DNA from: Solirubrobacteraceae bacterium
GTDB lineage: Bacteria > Actinomycetota > Thermoleophilia > Solirubrobacterales > Solirubrobacteraceae
Assembly (NCBI GenBank): GCA_035486335.1
Contig: DATHND010000088.1
Coordinates: 1 to 56,383 of the forward strand
DNA: 56,383 nt
Direction: 5' to 3'
Shown: piece by piece, positions 11,920-24,249 of the stretch
Numbering within the stretch: the stretch's first letter is position 1
Layout of the letters: the number at the start of each line of letters is the position of its first letter
The notes under the pieces: generated by a model
What the model saw: only the letters and a program-made list of their open reading frames with translations
What the model was told of the DNA's origin: nothing
Database searches by the model: none
Made by a program: the position numbers and the translations under genes

Positions 11920-13242
11920 CTACGCGCGCAGCCCCTCGATCACGTCGAGGATCGCCTCGGCCACCTGCGCCTTCGCCGCGCGCCCGACCTCGACGGCGCC
12001 GCCGGCGCCGTTGGCCGTCAGGATCGTGACCTCGTTGGCGTCGACGTCGAAGCCGATGTCCTCGCGCGAGATGTCGTTGACGACGATCGCGTCGAGCCCC
12101 TTCGCGGCCAGCTTCGCGCGCGCCAGCTCGACCGCGCGCTCGCCGTGCTCGGCGGCAAAGCCGACGAGCGTCTGCCGCGCGCGGCGTTCGGCGGCGAGCG
12201 CCGCGAGCACGTCGGTCGTCGGCTCGAGCTGGAGCGAGATCCCCGCGTCGCCGGCGTCGGCGAGCTCGGACTTCTTGATCTTGTCCGCGCGCGGCGCGAC
12301 CGGTCGAAAGTCGGCGACCGCCGCGGCCATCAGCAGGACGTCGCAGTCGGGGAACTCCTCGTGGCACGCGCGCTCGAGCTCGGCGGCTGTTGCAACGTCG
12401 CGGCGCACGATCGCTGAGTCACTGGGCAGCGCGACGTTGGCGGCCACGAGCATGACCCGTGCGCCGCGTGCGGCGGCGGCGTCGGCGAGCGCGAGGCCCA
12501 TCCGCCCGGAGGAGCTGTTGCCGAGGAAGCGCACGCTGTCGACCGGCTCGCGCGTGCCGCCGGCGGTGACGAGCACACGCAGGCCGCTCCAGTCGCCGCT
12601 CGCCGACCGAGCGGCGCCGTTCTGGTCCGGTCGATGCGGCGACGGCGCGCTGTCGCGATCGGCGACACGGTCGGCGATCACCCGCTCGCACGCAGCGAGC
12701 AGCGCCGACGGCTCGGCGAGGCGCCCGACGCCCTCCTCGCCCTTCGACGCGAGCCGCCCAGCGCCGGGATCGACGATGCCGACGCCGCGCTCGCGCAGCG
12801 TCGCAACGTTCGCGCGCGTCGCGGCGTGCTCATACATACGGTTGTTCATCGCCGGCGCGACGAGCACTGGGCAGGCGGCCGCGAGCGCGCAGCTGCTCAG
12901 CAGGTCGGAGGCGGCGCCGGTCGCGAGCTTCGCGATCGTGTTCGCCGACGCCGGCGCGATCACGTAGAGATCGGCGTTCGCGACGAGCTCCAGGTGGCTG
13001 AGCGGCTCGTGCGCCGGAGGCGGATCGCCGGGGAACGCGCCGCGCATCGGATCGCGCTCGAACTCGCTGACGAGCACCGGCGCGCCGCTCAGCGCCGCAA
13101 AGGACGCCTCGCCGACGAAGCGCCGGCTGCTTGGCGTCTGCACGACGCGTACCGCGTGCCCCGCGCCGGTCGCCAGCCGCACGAGCTCGAGCGCCTTATA
13201 CGCGGCGATGCCGCCGCTGACACCCAACAGGATGCGCGCCAT
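11920..13242 (-). CDS. coaBC: Bifunctional phosphopantothenoylcysteine decarboxylase/synthase
   Basis: GVSGGIAAYKA, APASANTIAK, APAMN, VTAGGTREPVDSVRFLGNSSSGRMG, VGFAAE. Confidence 0.97.
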   Translation of the reverse strand: MARILLGVSGGIAAYKALELVRLATGAGHAVRVVQTPSSRRFVGEASFAALSGAPVLVSEFERDPMRGAFPGDPPPAHEPLSHLELVANADLYVIAPASANTIAKLATGAASDLLSSCALAAACPVLVAPAMNNRMYEHAATRANVATLRERGVGIVDPGAGRLASKGEEGVGRLAEPSALLAACERVIADRVADRDSAPSPHRPDQNGAARSASGDWSGLRVLVTAGGTREPVDSVRFLGNSSSGRMGLALADAAAARGARVMLVAANVALPSDSAIVRRDVATAAELERACHEEFPDCDVLLMAAAVADFRPVAPRADKIKKSELADAGDAGISLQLEPTTDVLAALAAERRARQTLVGFAAEHGERAVELARAKLAAKGLDAIVVNDISREDIGFDVDANEVTILTANGAGGAVEVGRAAKAQVAEAILDVIEGLRA

Positions 13243-13263
13243 TACTACGTTGTAGAGCTAGTC

Positions 13264-13302
13264 GCGACCGCTGGCAAGGCCTGGCCAGGCGCTTGCGGTC
13301 GC
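13264..13302. terminator. GC-rich hairpin downstream of rpoZ
   Basis: GCGACCGC...GCGGTCGC enclosing the palindrome GCCTGGCCAGGC; no U-tract. Confidence 0.4.
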
Positions 13303-13314
13303 GCTGCCCGCGCC

Positions 13315-13542
13315 TCAGCGGTAGTGGTACTTGATCTTTCCCGCGGCTACCTCCTCCAAGGCAATGGTGAGGTAGTTTTTCGAGCCGGTTTCGATCATCG
13401 GCGGCGGGAACTCGTCGAACGTCCCCTCACCGAGGTTGTGGTAGTAGCTGTTGATCTGACGCGCGCGCTTTGCGGAGACGACGACGCTCGCGTAGTTCGA
13501 GTCGACGTTGTCGAGCAGGCGGTCGATGCGGGGGCTGATCAC
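13315..13542 (-). CDS. rpoZ: RNA polymerase omega subunit
   Basis: PRIDRLLDNVDSNYASVVVSAKRARQINSYY..LTIALEEVAAGKI. Confidence 0.95.
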   Translation of the reverse strand: MISPRIDRLLDNVDSNYASVVVSAKRARQINSYYHNLGEGTFDEFPPPMIETGSKNYLTIALEEVAAGKIKYHYR

Positions 13543-13623
13543 GGGCGAGTGCCTTTCGTCGTGGGCCTTGCAGTGTAGTGGGCCGCCGCCGCGCGCCCGG
13601 GCGCCGGCGCGCCGCGGAGTGTC

Positions 13624-14178
13624 TCAGTCGAGCTCGCCGGCGACGATCTCGGTCAGCCGCCGCAGCGCGTCGTCGAGCCGGTCGTTGACGACGACGTGGC
13701 CGAACTCGGGCTGCGCCGCGAGCTCCTGCTCGGCGACGCGTAGGCGCCGCTCGACCTCGGCGGCGTCGTCGGTGCCGCGGCCGACGAGACGCGTGCGCAG
13801 CGCGTCGAGCGACGGCGGCGCGATGAACACCTGCACGGCCTCGGGCATCGCCGCGCGCACCTGGCGCGCGCCCTGGACCTCGATCTCGAGCACGACCGGC
13901 CTGCCCGCGCGCACGCGCTCCTCCAGCTCGGAGCGCAGCGTGCCGTAGCGTCGCCCGGCGTAGTCGGCGTGCTCGACGAAATCGTTCTCCGCGACCCGGC
14001 GGTCGAATTCGTCGGGCTTCAGGAAGTGGTACTCGACGCCGTCGCGCTCCCCCGGCCGCGGCGCGCGCGTCGTCGCCGAGACGGACAGCTCGAGCTCGGG
14101 GTGGCGCTCCATCAGGCCGCGGATCAACGTCCCCTTCCCGACGCCCGACGGACCTGTGATGACGAACACGCGAGCCAC
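13624..14178 (-). CDS. gmk: Guanylate kinase
   Basis: GPSGVGKGT, SVSATTRAPRPGERDGVEYHF, YGT. Confidence 0.97.
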   Translation of the reverse strand: MARVFVITGPSGVGKGTLIRGLMERHPELELSVSATTRAPRPGERDGVEYHFLKPDEFDRRVAENDFVEHADYAGRRYGTLRSELEERVRAGRPVVLEIEVQGARQVRAAMPEAVQVFIAPPSLDALRTRLVGRGTDDAAEVERRLRVAEQELAAQPEFGHVVVNDRLDDALRRLTEIVAGELD

Positions 14179-14218
14179 GGCGCGCAACCCTAGTCTCGCG
14201 ACCGGTGGAAGCGGCGGT

Positions 14219-14563
14219 CTACCTGTGGAGGAGCGAGACCAGCTCTGAACGCTGGCGCTCGGAGAGCCCGCCGATCGTCTTGCTCGGCGCGATGCGGCAG
14301 TGCGCGAGGATCTTGTTGACCTTCACGCGCCCGTACTTGGGGACGGCGAGCAGCATGTCGAAGACCTTCGCCGTCTCGACGTACTCGGGCGGTTCGAGCA
14401 GCAGCGAGTGGATCGACAGGCGCCCGGACTTGAGGTCGCGCTTCAGCTGAGCGCGCTTGATTCTGATCTGGTTGGCCCTCGCGAGCGCGTCCATTCGCTG
14501 GTTGAGGGATCGCTCTGGAGCCATGGAGGTATTGGGGGACGTCGTGCCGGTCGCCGTCGCCAT
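14219..14563 (-). CDS. mihF: Actinobacterial integration host factor (mIHF)
   Basis: ALARANQIRIKRAQLKRDLKSG..KVFDMLLAVPKYGRVK..IAPSKTIGGLSERQR; upstream of gmk. Confidence 0.9.
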   Translation of the reverse strand: MATATGTTSPNTSMAPERSLNQRMDALARANQIRIKRAQLKRDLKSGRLSIHSLLLEPPEYVETAKVFDMLLAVPKYGRVKVNKILAHCRIAPSKTIGGLSERQRSELVSLLHR

Positions 14564-14789
14564 GGGCGGCGAGTCTACACGCCCGCAGCAGGCGATCAAG
14601 ACAAACTCGCCGAATTCAGCTGGACCTCAAGTTGAGGTGCAGGCGTGTCGAGCCTGCTGGACGGTCGCGGCGCGTTTCTACAAGGGTTTTCCGCGCTGCG
14701 CGCGTGCGAGCGGAAACGTTCGGACGTTGCGGAAACGGCCTTCGCGCGCGTCCGCCGAGCGGCGTCCGAGCGCTCCCGCGAAGTTCGCC

Positions 14790-15680
14790 TCAAGCGGCCT
14801 GCGAAAGGCCCTCGGCGACGCGCGCCGCGGCCAGCGGGTCACGAAAGCTCTCGCTGCCGACGGCGACGAGCGTCGCGCCGACGTCGAGCAGCTCGCGTGC
14901 GTGCGCCGCGTTCTGCACGCCGCCCATGCCGATCACCGGAACGCCGACACGGCGCGCTACGGCGGCCACCTGCGCGAGCGCCACCGGGCGGATCGCGGGC
15001 CCAGACAGGCCACCGTCGCCGCCGCCGAGCCACGCGCCGCCGTCCGGCGCGAGCGCCGTCGCGCGCAGCGTGTTGATCAGCGAGACGGCGTCGGCGCCAG
15101 CCGCCTCGGCGGCCTGCGCGCAGGCGGCGACGTCGGCCGTGTTCGGCGTCAGCTTGACGATCAACGGCTTCGCGGCGCTCGCGCGACAAGCGCGCACGAC
15201 GTCCTCGAGCTGGCGCGGGTCGGCGCCGATGTCGAGGCCGGTCTTGACGTTCGGGCACGATACGTTCAGCTCGATCGCGGCGATCTCCGGGCGCTCGTCG
15301 CACGCGGCGACGAGCGTCGCGAGCTCCTCGCCGGTCGCGCCCATCACGTTCGTGATCAGCGGCGCCGGCAGCTCGGCCAGCAGCGGCAGGTCTTCGGCGA
15401 GGTAGCCGTCGAGACCCTTGTTCGGCAGGCCGATCGAGTTGATCAGCCCTGCGGGAGCCTCCCATAGCCGCGGCGGCGGGTTGCCGCGGCGCGGTTGCAG
15501 CGTGATCGTCTTCGAGACGTAAGCGGCGAACGGGAAGCGCTCGATCAGCGCGGCGCCGAACGCGCGTCGCGCGGCGATCGCGTCGAACGTGCCCGAGCCG
15601 TTGATCACGCGGTGCGCCAGGCGCAAGCCGCAGAACTCGATGCCGCCGCTCGCGGCCTGCGCCTCGGGCGCGCCGGTCAC
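14790..15680 (-). CDS. pyrD: Dihydroorotate dehydrogenase family 1B, catalytic subunit
   Basis: PRRGNPPPR, INSIGLPNKG, ELNVSCPNV, KLTPN, GGLSGPAIRP. Confidence 0.95.
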   Translation of the reverse strand: MTGAPEAQAASGGIEFCGLRLAHRVINGSGTFDAIAARRAFGAALIERFPFAAYVSKTITLQPRRGNPPPRLWEAPAGLINSIGLPNKGLDGYLAEDLPLLAELPAPLITNVMGATGEELATLVAACDERPEIAAIELNVSCPNVKTGLDIGADPRQLEDVVRACRASAAKPLIVKLTPNTADVAACAQAAEAAGADAVSLINTLRATALAPDGGAWLGGGDGGLSGPAIRPVALAQVAAVARRVGVPVIGMGGVQNAAHARELLDVGATLVAVGSESFRDPLAAARVAEGLSQAA

Positions 15681-15714
15681 GCCGTCGCCCGCGGCTTGCG
15701 CTTCGGCGCTCGGC

Positions 15715-16538
15715 TCACGCGGGCGCCCCGGCGTGCTCGTCGACGCGTTCGAGCTCGGCGGCGTCGATCACGGGGCCGTCGACGCACACGCGCAGATAGC
15801 CGCCGCCGCGCATCGGCACGACGCAGCCGAAGCACGCGCCAAAGCCACATGCCATGCCCGCCTCCAACGCAAGCTGCGCGGGCACGTCGCGCGTCGCGCA
15901 CATCGCGCGCACGGCCTCGAGCATCGGCGCGGGCCCGCACGCGTAGACCTCGGCGCGCGCGTCGGCGTAGAGCTCCTTCGAGAGCAGCTCGGTCAGCAGG
16001 CCGCGATGGCCGACCGAGCCGTCGTCGGTCGCGATGCGCGCGCCGTGCAACAGCGCCGCGCCTTCGGCGCGTGCGGCGTCGCGAAAGCCGAGCAGCACGG
16101 TCACGTCGACCGCGGCCTCGGCCGCGAGCGCGTCCTGCAGGATCGCGAGCGGCGCGACGCCGACGCCACCGCCGACGAGGATCGCGCGCCGGCGTGCGCC
16201 GGGCGGTCGGAAGCCGTTGCCGAGCGGGCCGAGCGCCCACAGCCCATCGCCCTCGTCGAGCTCGCACAGCCGCTTCGTGCCCGGCCCGACGTCCTCGAGC
16301 AGGAAGTGCGTCTCGCCGACGCGCCGACGCGCGATCGAGAACGCGCGCGCCAGGTAGGGCCGCTCGTCGGCTCCCCCGCCCCAGCGCTTGGCGGCGGCGA
16401 TCATCGCGAACTGGCCCGGTCGTGGCTCGGGCGTCTCGACGTCGGCGACGCGCAGCACGCGGTAGGCGCCGAGCGCCTCGACGCCGAGGACGGTCAGCAG
16501 ACGACGCTCGAGCGGCGCCGGCGCCGCGCCCCAGTCGC

Positions 16539-16542
<4 letters not shown>
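15715..16542 (-). CDS. pyrK: Dihydroorotate dehydrogenase electron transfer subunit
   Basis: [44 protein letters not shown]. Confidence 0.94.
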
Positions 16543-19685
<3,143 letters not shown>

Positions 19686-19688
19686 CGC

Positions 19689-20822
19689 TCAGGCCGCCGC
19701 CTCGATCCGCCGCAGGAAGCGGTCGAACAGATACAGCGAGTCGTGCGGGCCGGGGCCAGCCTCGGGGTGGTACTGGACCGTGCCGCCGGCGACGTCGAGC
19801 AGCTCGAGGCCCTCGACGGTGCGGTCGTAGAGGTTCACGTGCGACAGCGCCGCGGCGCCGAAGTCGGTCTCCCAGCGGACCGGCTCGTCGGCGTCGATCG
19901 TGCGCGCGCCGCCCGGGCCGACCGCCGCGAAGCCGTGGTTCTGCGAGGTGATCTCGACCTTGCCCGTCTGCAGGTCCTTGACCGGATGGTTCGCGCCGCG
20001 GTGACCGAACGGCAGCTTGAACGTCTCCAGGCCGACCGCGCGGCACAGCAGCTGGTGCCCGAGGCAGATTCCCCAGACGGGCTTGACGCCGACGATCGCG
20101 CGGACCGTCTCGACGACGTAGCCGAGCGCCGCCGGGTCGCCGGGACCGTTGGCGAGGAACACGGCATCGGGGTCGCCGGCGAGCAGCTGCTCGGCGCTCG
20201 ACGTGCACGGGTGCAGCGTCACGCGCGCGCCGCGCCCGACGAGCTCGCGCACCATCGACGCCTTGATGCCGGTGTCGAGCACGGCGATCCGCGGGCCGTC
20301 GCTGCTGCCGTGGCGGCTGACCTCGCGGGGAGTCACGACCGCGGCGAGATCCTGACCGGCCATCGGCGGCTCTGCGTCGATCAGCGCGCGCGCGTCGGCC
20401 TCGGCCGTCTCGCCGGCGAACACGCCGCCGCGCATCGCGCCGGCGTCGCGGATGTGGCGCACGAGCGCGCGTGTGTCGACGCCGGAGATCGCCGCGACGC
20501 CGCAATCGGTCAGCCAGTCGAGCCAACCGCGCTCGGCGCTCGGCGCGTCCTCGCGGTTGCACGCCTCGCGCATGATCGCGGCGCGCGCCCACGGGCGCTC
20601 TGACTCCATCGCGGCTTGGCTGACGCCGTAGTTGCCGATGTGCGGATATGTGAAGGCGATCAGCTGGCCGGCGAACGACGGGTCGGTGATCGACTCCTGA
20701 TAGCCGGACATGCCCGTCGTGAAGACGACCTCGCCGACGGCCGCCCGATCGGCGCCGCAGCACTCGCCGTCGAAGCGCGCGCCGTCCTCGAGCAGGACGT
20801 ATCCCCCCTGCCGCTCGCTCAC
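19689..20822 (-). CDS. carA: Carbamoyl-phosphate synthase small subunit
   Basis: GEVVFTTGMSGYQESITDPS, NGPGDP, GICLGHQ, QYHPEAGPGPHD. Confidence 0.97.
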   Translation of the reverse strand: MSERQGGYVLLEDGARFDGECCGADRAAVGEVVFTTGMSGYQESITDPSFAGQLIAFTYPHIGNYGVSQAAMESERPWARAAIMREACNREDAPSAERGWLDWLTDCGVAAISGVDTRALVRHIRDAGAMRGGVFAGETAEADARALIDAEPPMAGQDLAAVVTPREVSRHGSSDGPRIAVLDTGIKASMVRELVGRGARVTLHPCTSSAEQLLAGDPDAVFLANGPGDPAALGYVVETVRAIVGVKPVWGICLGHQLLCRAVGLETFKLPFGHRGANHPVKDLQTGKVEITSQNHGFAAVGPGGARTIDADEPVRWETDFGAAALSHVNLYDRTVEGLELLDVAGGTVQYHPEAGPGPHDSLYLFDRFLRRIEAAA

Positions 20823-21343
20823 AGGATCAACCGTTGGACTTCCTTGAACTCCGGGGTGCCGGCGCGGCCGAGCAGCTCGAACAGCGCGCTCTCGACGGTG
20901 CTCACGACGGCGCCTGCGCGCTGCAGGCGCTCGAGGCTGCGCTCGTAGTCGAGCGCGTGGCGCGAGCCGACGGCGTCGGCCGGCACGTGGACCTCGACGC
21001 CGCGATCGAGCAGGTCGTGGACGGTCTGCGAGACGCAGACGTGTGTCTCGATCCCGCAGACGATCGCCTGCTCGCGGCCGTGCAGGTCGAAGCCGTCGGC
21101 GCGGGCGGCCGAGAAGACGGTCTTCTCGAGCTTGCGCTCGTCCTCGATCCCGAGCTCCGAAGCGCTCTCGCCGAGCCCTTTCGGGTACTGCTCTGAGACG
21201 AGCGCCGGCACGCCGAGGATCCGCGCGCCGGCGAGCAGCTTCGCGCACGACGCGGCGACGCCGGCGAACGAAACGTAGGAGCGGAACCCCTCCTGCACGT
21301 CGACGACGACGAGCGCGGCGCCGTCGCGGCGCAGCAGGCCCAT
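20819..21343 (-). CDS. Isochorismatase-family hydrolase (YcaC/ISOC-like)
   Basis: VVVDVQE, SEQYPKGLG, EKTVFSA, GIETHVCVSQT. Confidence 0.9.
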   Translation of the reverse strand: MGLLRRDGAALVVVDVQEGFRSYVSFAGVAASCAKLLAGARILGVPALVSEQYPKGLGESASELGIEDERKLEKTVFSAARADGFDLHGREQAIVCGIETHVCVSQTVHDLLDRGVEVHVPADAVGSRHALDYERSLERLQRAGAVVSTVESALFELLGRAGTPEFKEVQRLIL

Positions 21344-22686
21344 CAGACGCTCACCACCGAGAAGGCGCGCTCGCGGTAGACGACGGCTCCGTTCGAGAGC
21401 GTCAGAAGCACTCTCCCGCGCAGCTTGCGCCCGGCGAAGCAGCAGTTCTCCGAGCGGCTCTCCCACCCGCGCTCCCCCGCGATCCACTCGGCGTCGAGGT
21501 CGACGAGCACGAGATTCGCCGGCTCGTCGGGGGCGATCCGGTGCGCGGTGAGCTCGAACAGCTCGGCGCCGGCCGTCATCCGTTCGACGAGCAGCGCGAG
21601 CTCGAGCACGCCCGGCAGCACGAGGCCGGTGTACAGCGCCGCGAACGCCGTCTCGAGCCCCGTCGTGCCCATCGGCGCCTGCTCGAACGGAACCTCCTTC
21701 TCCTCGCGCGCATGCGGCGCGTGGTCGGTTGCGACGCAGTCGATCGCTCCGGAGCGCAGGCCGTCGATCAGCGCCTGACGGTCCGACTCGGTCGCGAGCG
21801 GCGGGTTCATCTTCATCCGCGTGTCCATCCCGCGGACCTCCTCCTCGGTCAGGATCAAGTGGTGCGGCGAGACCTCCGTGCTGACGCGCCAGCCGCGCTG
21901 CTTCGCCGCGGCGACGGCGTCGACCGAGGCGGCGCAGCTGAGGTGCTGGAAGTGCACGCGCGCGTCCTCGTAGCCGGCCAGCTCGGCGTCGCGCGCGACC
22001 ATCGTCGACTCGGAGATCGTCGGGATGCCGCCGATCCCGAGCGCCGCGCTGACGGCGCCCTCGTGGATCGCGCCGCCGCGCGAGAGCGTCGGGTCCTCCT
22101 CGTGCAGCGCGACCACGCCGCCACACAGACGCTGGTACTGCAGCGCCTTGCGCAGCATCCCCGCGCTCGTAACCGGCCGCCCGTCGTCGGTGAAGCCGAC
22201 CGCGCCCTCCTGTCGCAGCTCGGCCATCTCGGTCAGCTGCTCGCCGGCGAGGCCGCGCGTGATCGCCGGCAGGAAGCCGATCGCCACACGCGCCTCGCGC
22301 GCGGCCTCCTCGCGCAGCGAGCGAAGCAGCGGCGCCGAGTCGAGCACGGGATCGGTGTTCGGCATCGCGAGCACCGCCGCGAAGCCGCCTGCGGCGGCCG
22401 CGCGCGTGCCCGTCTCGAGGTCCTCCTTGTGCTCCTGCCCGGGCGTGCGCATGTGCACGTGCGGGTCGAAGAACGCCGGCATCAGATGGTGGCCGCGGCC
22501 CTCGACCAGCTCCTCGTCGGGGTCGAGCGCGAGCGTGCCCGGCGGCGCGAGCTCGGCGATCCGGCCGTCGCGCACGCGCACGTCGTGGCGCGCGTCGAGC
22601 GCCGCGCGGGGGTCGAGCGCGTGCACGTCGCGCAGCAGCGCGTCGGCGGGCCGCTGCGGCCCGTGCACGAGCGGTTCGGCGGCCAT
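21343..22686 (-). CDS. pyrC: Dihydroorotase
   Basis: DPHVHMRTPG, AMPNTDP, KMNPPL, ATDHAPH. Confidence 0.96.
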   Translation of the reverse strand: MAAEPLVHGPQRPADALLRDVHALDPRAALDARHDVRVRDGRIAELAPPGTLALDPDEELVEGRGHHLMPAFFDPHVHMRTPGQEHKEDLETGTRAAAAGGFAAVLAMPNTDPVLDSAPLLRSLREEAAREARVAIGFLPAITRGLAGEQLTEMAELRQEGAVGFTDDGRPVTSAGMLRKALQYQRLCGGVVALHEEDPTLSRGGAIHEGAVSAALGIGGIPTISESTMVARDAELAGYEDARVHFQHLSCAASVDAVAAAKQRGWRVSTEVSPHHLILTEEEVRGMDTRMKMNPPLATESDRQALIDGLRSGAIDCVATDHAPHAREEKEVPFEQAPMGTTGLETAFAALYTGLVLPGVLELALLVERMTAGAELFELTAHRIAPDEPANLVLVDLDAEWIAGERGWESRSENCCFAGRKLRGRVLLTLSNGAVVYRERAFSVVSV

Positions 22687-23645
22687 CACGCGGGCTGGCG
22701 CTCGGTCGACTCGACGGACGCCGGGCGCGTGCGCGCGCTCGGCGGCGCGCCGGCGCCGGACAGCAGCTCGTACAGCACGGCCATCCGCACGACGACGCCC
22801 GCCTCGACCTGCGCCGTGATCACGGCCTGCGGCGAGTCGACGACCTCGCCCGACAGCTCGACGCCGCGGTTGACCGGGCCCGGGTGCATCAGCACCTGGC
22901 GCGGCGACAGGCGCCGCCCGTTGACCTGATAGGTCGCGGCGTACTCGCGGATCGACGGCACCCACATCTCGTTCATCCGCTCGTTCTGCATCCGCAGCGC
23001 GTACACGACGTCGGCCGACGGCAGCTCGTCGAGCGTGTAGCGCACGTCGCAGCCGAGCGCCTCGATCCCCCGCGGGATCAACGTCGGCGGACCGGCAACC
23101 GTCACGTTCGCGCCCATCCGCTGGAACGCGACGATGTTCGAGCGCGCGACGCGCGAGTGCGCGACGTCGCCGACGATCCAGATCGAGCAGCCGTCGAGCT
23201 CGCCGATTCGGCCTTTCAGCGTGTACACGTCGAGCAGCGCCTGCGTCGGATGCTCGCGCTTGCCGTCGCCCGCGTTGACGATCGCCGCGCTGCACCATTT
23301 GCAGACGAGCTCTGACGCGCCCGCCCACGGCGTGCGCAGGACGATCGCGTCGGGCTTGTGCGCGCTGAGCGTCAGCACCGTGTCCTTCAGCGACTCGCCC
23401 TTCTCGACGCTCGACCCGCTCGCCGCGAAGTTGACGACGTCGGCCGACAGACGCTTGGCCGCGAGCTCGAACGAGCTGCGCGTGCGGGTCGAGGACTCGT
23501 AGAACAGGTTCAGCACCATCCGCCCGCGCAGCGCCGGCACCTTCTTGATCTCGCGATCCGAAACCTCCGCGAAGCGCGCGGCCTGTGCGACGATCCGCTC
23601 GATGCCCTCGCGGTCGAGGTGATCGATCGAGAGCAGATGGTTCAC
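22686..23645 (-). CDS. pyrB: Aspartate carbamoyltransferase catalytic subunit
   Basis: FYESSTRTRSSFE, KGESLKDT, HPTQALLD, MHPGPVNRGVE. Confidence 0.97.
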   Translation of the reverse strand: MNHLLSIDHLDREGIERIVAQAARFAEVSDREIKKVPALRGRMVLNLFYESSTRTRSSFELAAKRLSADVVNFAASGSSVEKGESLKDTVLTLSAHKPDAIVLRTPWAGASELVCKWCSAAIVNAGDGKREHPTQALLDVYTLKGRIGELDGCSIWIVGDVAHSRVARSNIVAFQRMGANVTVAGPPTLIPRGIEALGCDVRYTLDELPSADVVYALRMQNERMNEMWVPSIREYAATYQVNGRRLSPRQVLMHPGPVNRGVELSGEVVDSPQAVITAQVEAGVVVRMAVLYELLSGAGAPPSARTRPASVESTERQPA

Positions 23646-24199
23646 GCGACCTCCATCGCGGTCGTTGCGATCGTCACCTCGTCGACGCCGTCGAGCTCGC
23701 TCACTCGGACGTGCACGTGCTCGGCGCGCGACGTCGGCAGGTTCTTGCCGACGTAGTCCGGGCGAATCGGCAGCTCGCGGTGGCCGCGGTCGGCGAGCAC
23801 CGCGAGCTGCACGCGCTCGGGGCGGCCGTAGTCGAACAGCGCCTCGATCGCCGCGCGCACCGTGCGACCCGTGTACAGCACGTCATCGACGATCACGACC
23901 GTCCGCCCGCTCACGTCGAAGTCGACGTGCGACGCATGCACGACCGGCGCGTCCGGGCGCCGCGAGACGTCGTCGCGGTAGAAGCCGATGTCGAGGTCGC
24001 CCAGCGGGATCGCCATGTCCGTCATCGCCTCGAGCTGCTCGCGCAGGCGCTGCGCGAGGAATGCGCCGCGGCGATGAATACCGACGATCGCAAGCGCGCG
24101 GTCGTCCGGGTTGCGCTCGGCGATCTCGTGAGCGATGCGCGTCAGCGCCCGCCCGATGTCGTCCTCGTGCAGGACGACCTTCTCGCTGCTCTCTTCCAA
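23642..24199 (-). CDS. pyrR: Pyrimidine operon regulator/UPRTase PyrR
   Basis: RALTRIAHEIAERN, LDIGFYRDD, DDVLYTGRT, DRGHRELPIRPDYVGKN. Confidence 0.97.
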   Translation of the reverse strand: MEESSEKVVLHEDDIGRALTRIAHEIAERNPDDRALAIVGIHRRGAFLAQRLREQLEAMTDMAIPLGDLDIGFYRDDVSRRPDAPVVHASHVDFDVSGRTVVIVDDVLYTGRTVRAAIEALFDYGRPERVQLAVLADRGHRELPIRPDYVGKNLPTSRAEHVHVRVSELDGVDEVTIATTAMEVA

Positions 24200-24203
24200 C
24201 GCT

Positions 24204-24236
24204 TCCTTCCTGGCCTCACGGGACCGGGTTAAAGGA
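24204..24236 (-). promoter_or_regulatory. PyrR-binding RNA loop
   Basis: Minus strand TCCTTTAACCCGGTCCCGTGAGGCCAGGAAGGA matches the PyrR motif (CUUUAA..GUCCnGnGAGG) directly before the pyrR start. Confidence 0.9.
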
Positions 24237-24249
24237 CAATTGGAATGTA

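Noticed and set aside
14688-14717. TTTCCGC...GCGGAAA hairpin upstream of mihF
   Set aside because: Short single stem, plausibly a pyr operon terminator, too weak to call.
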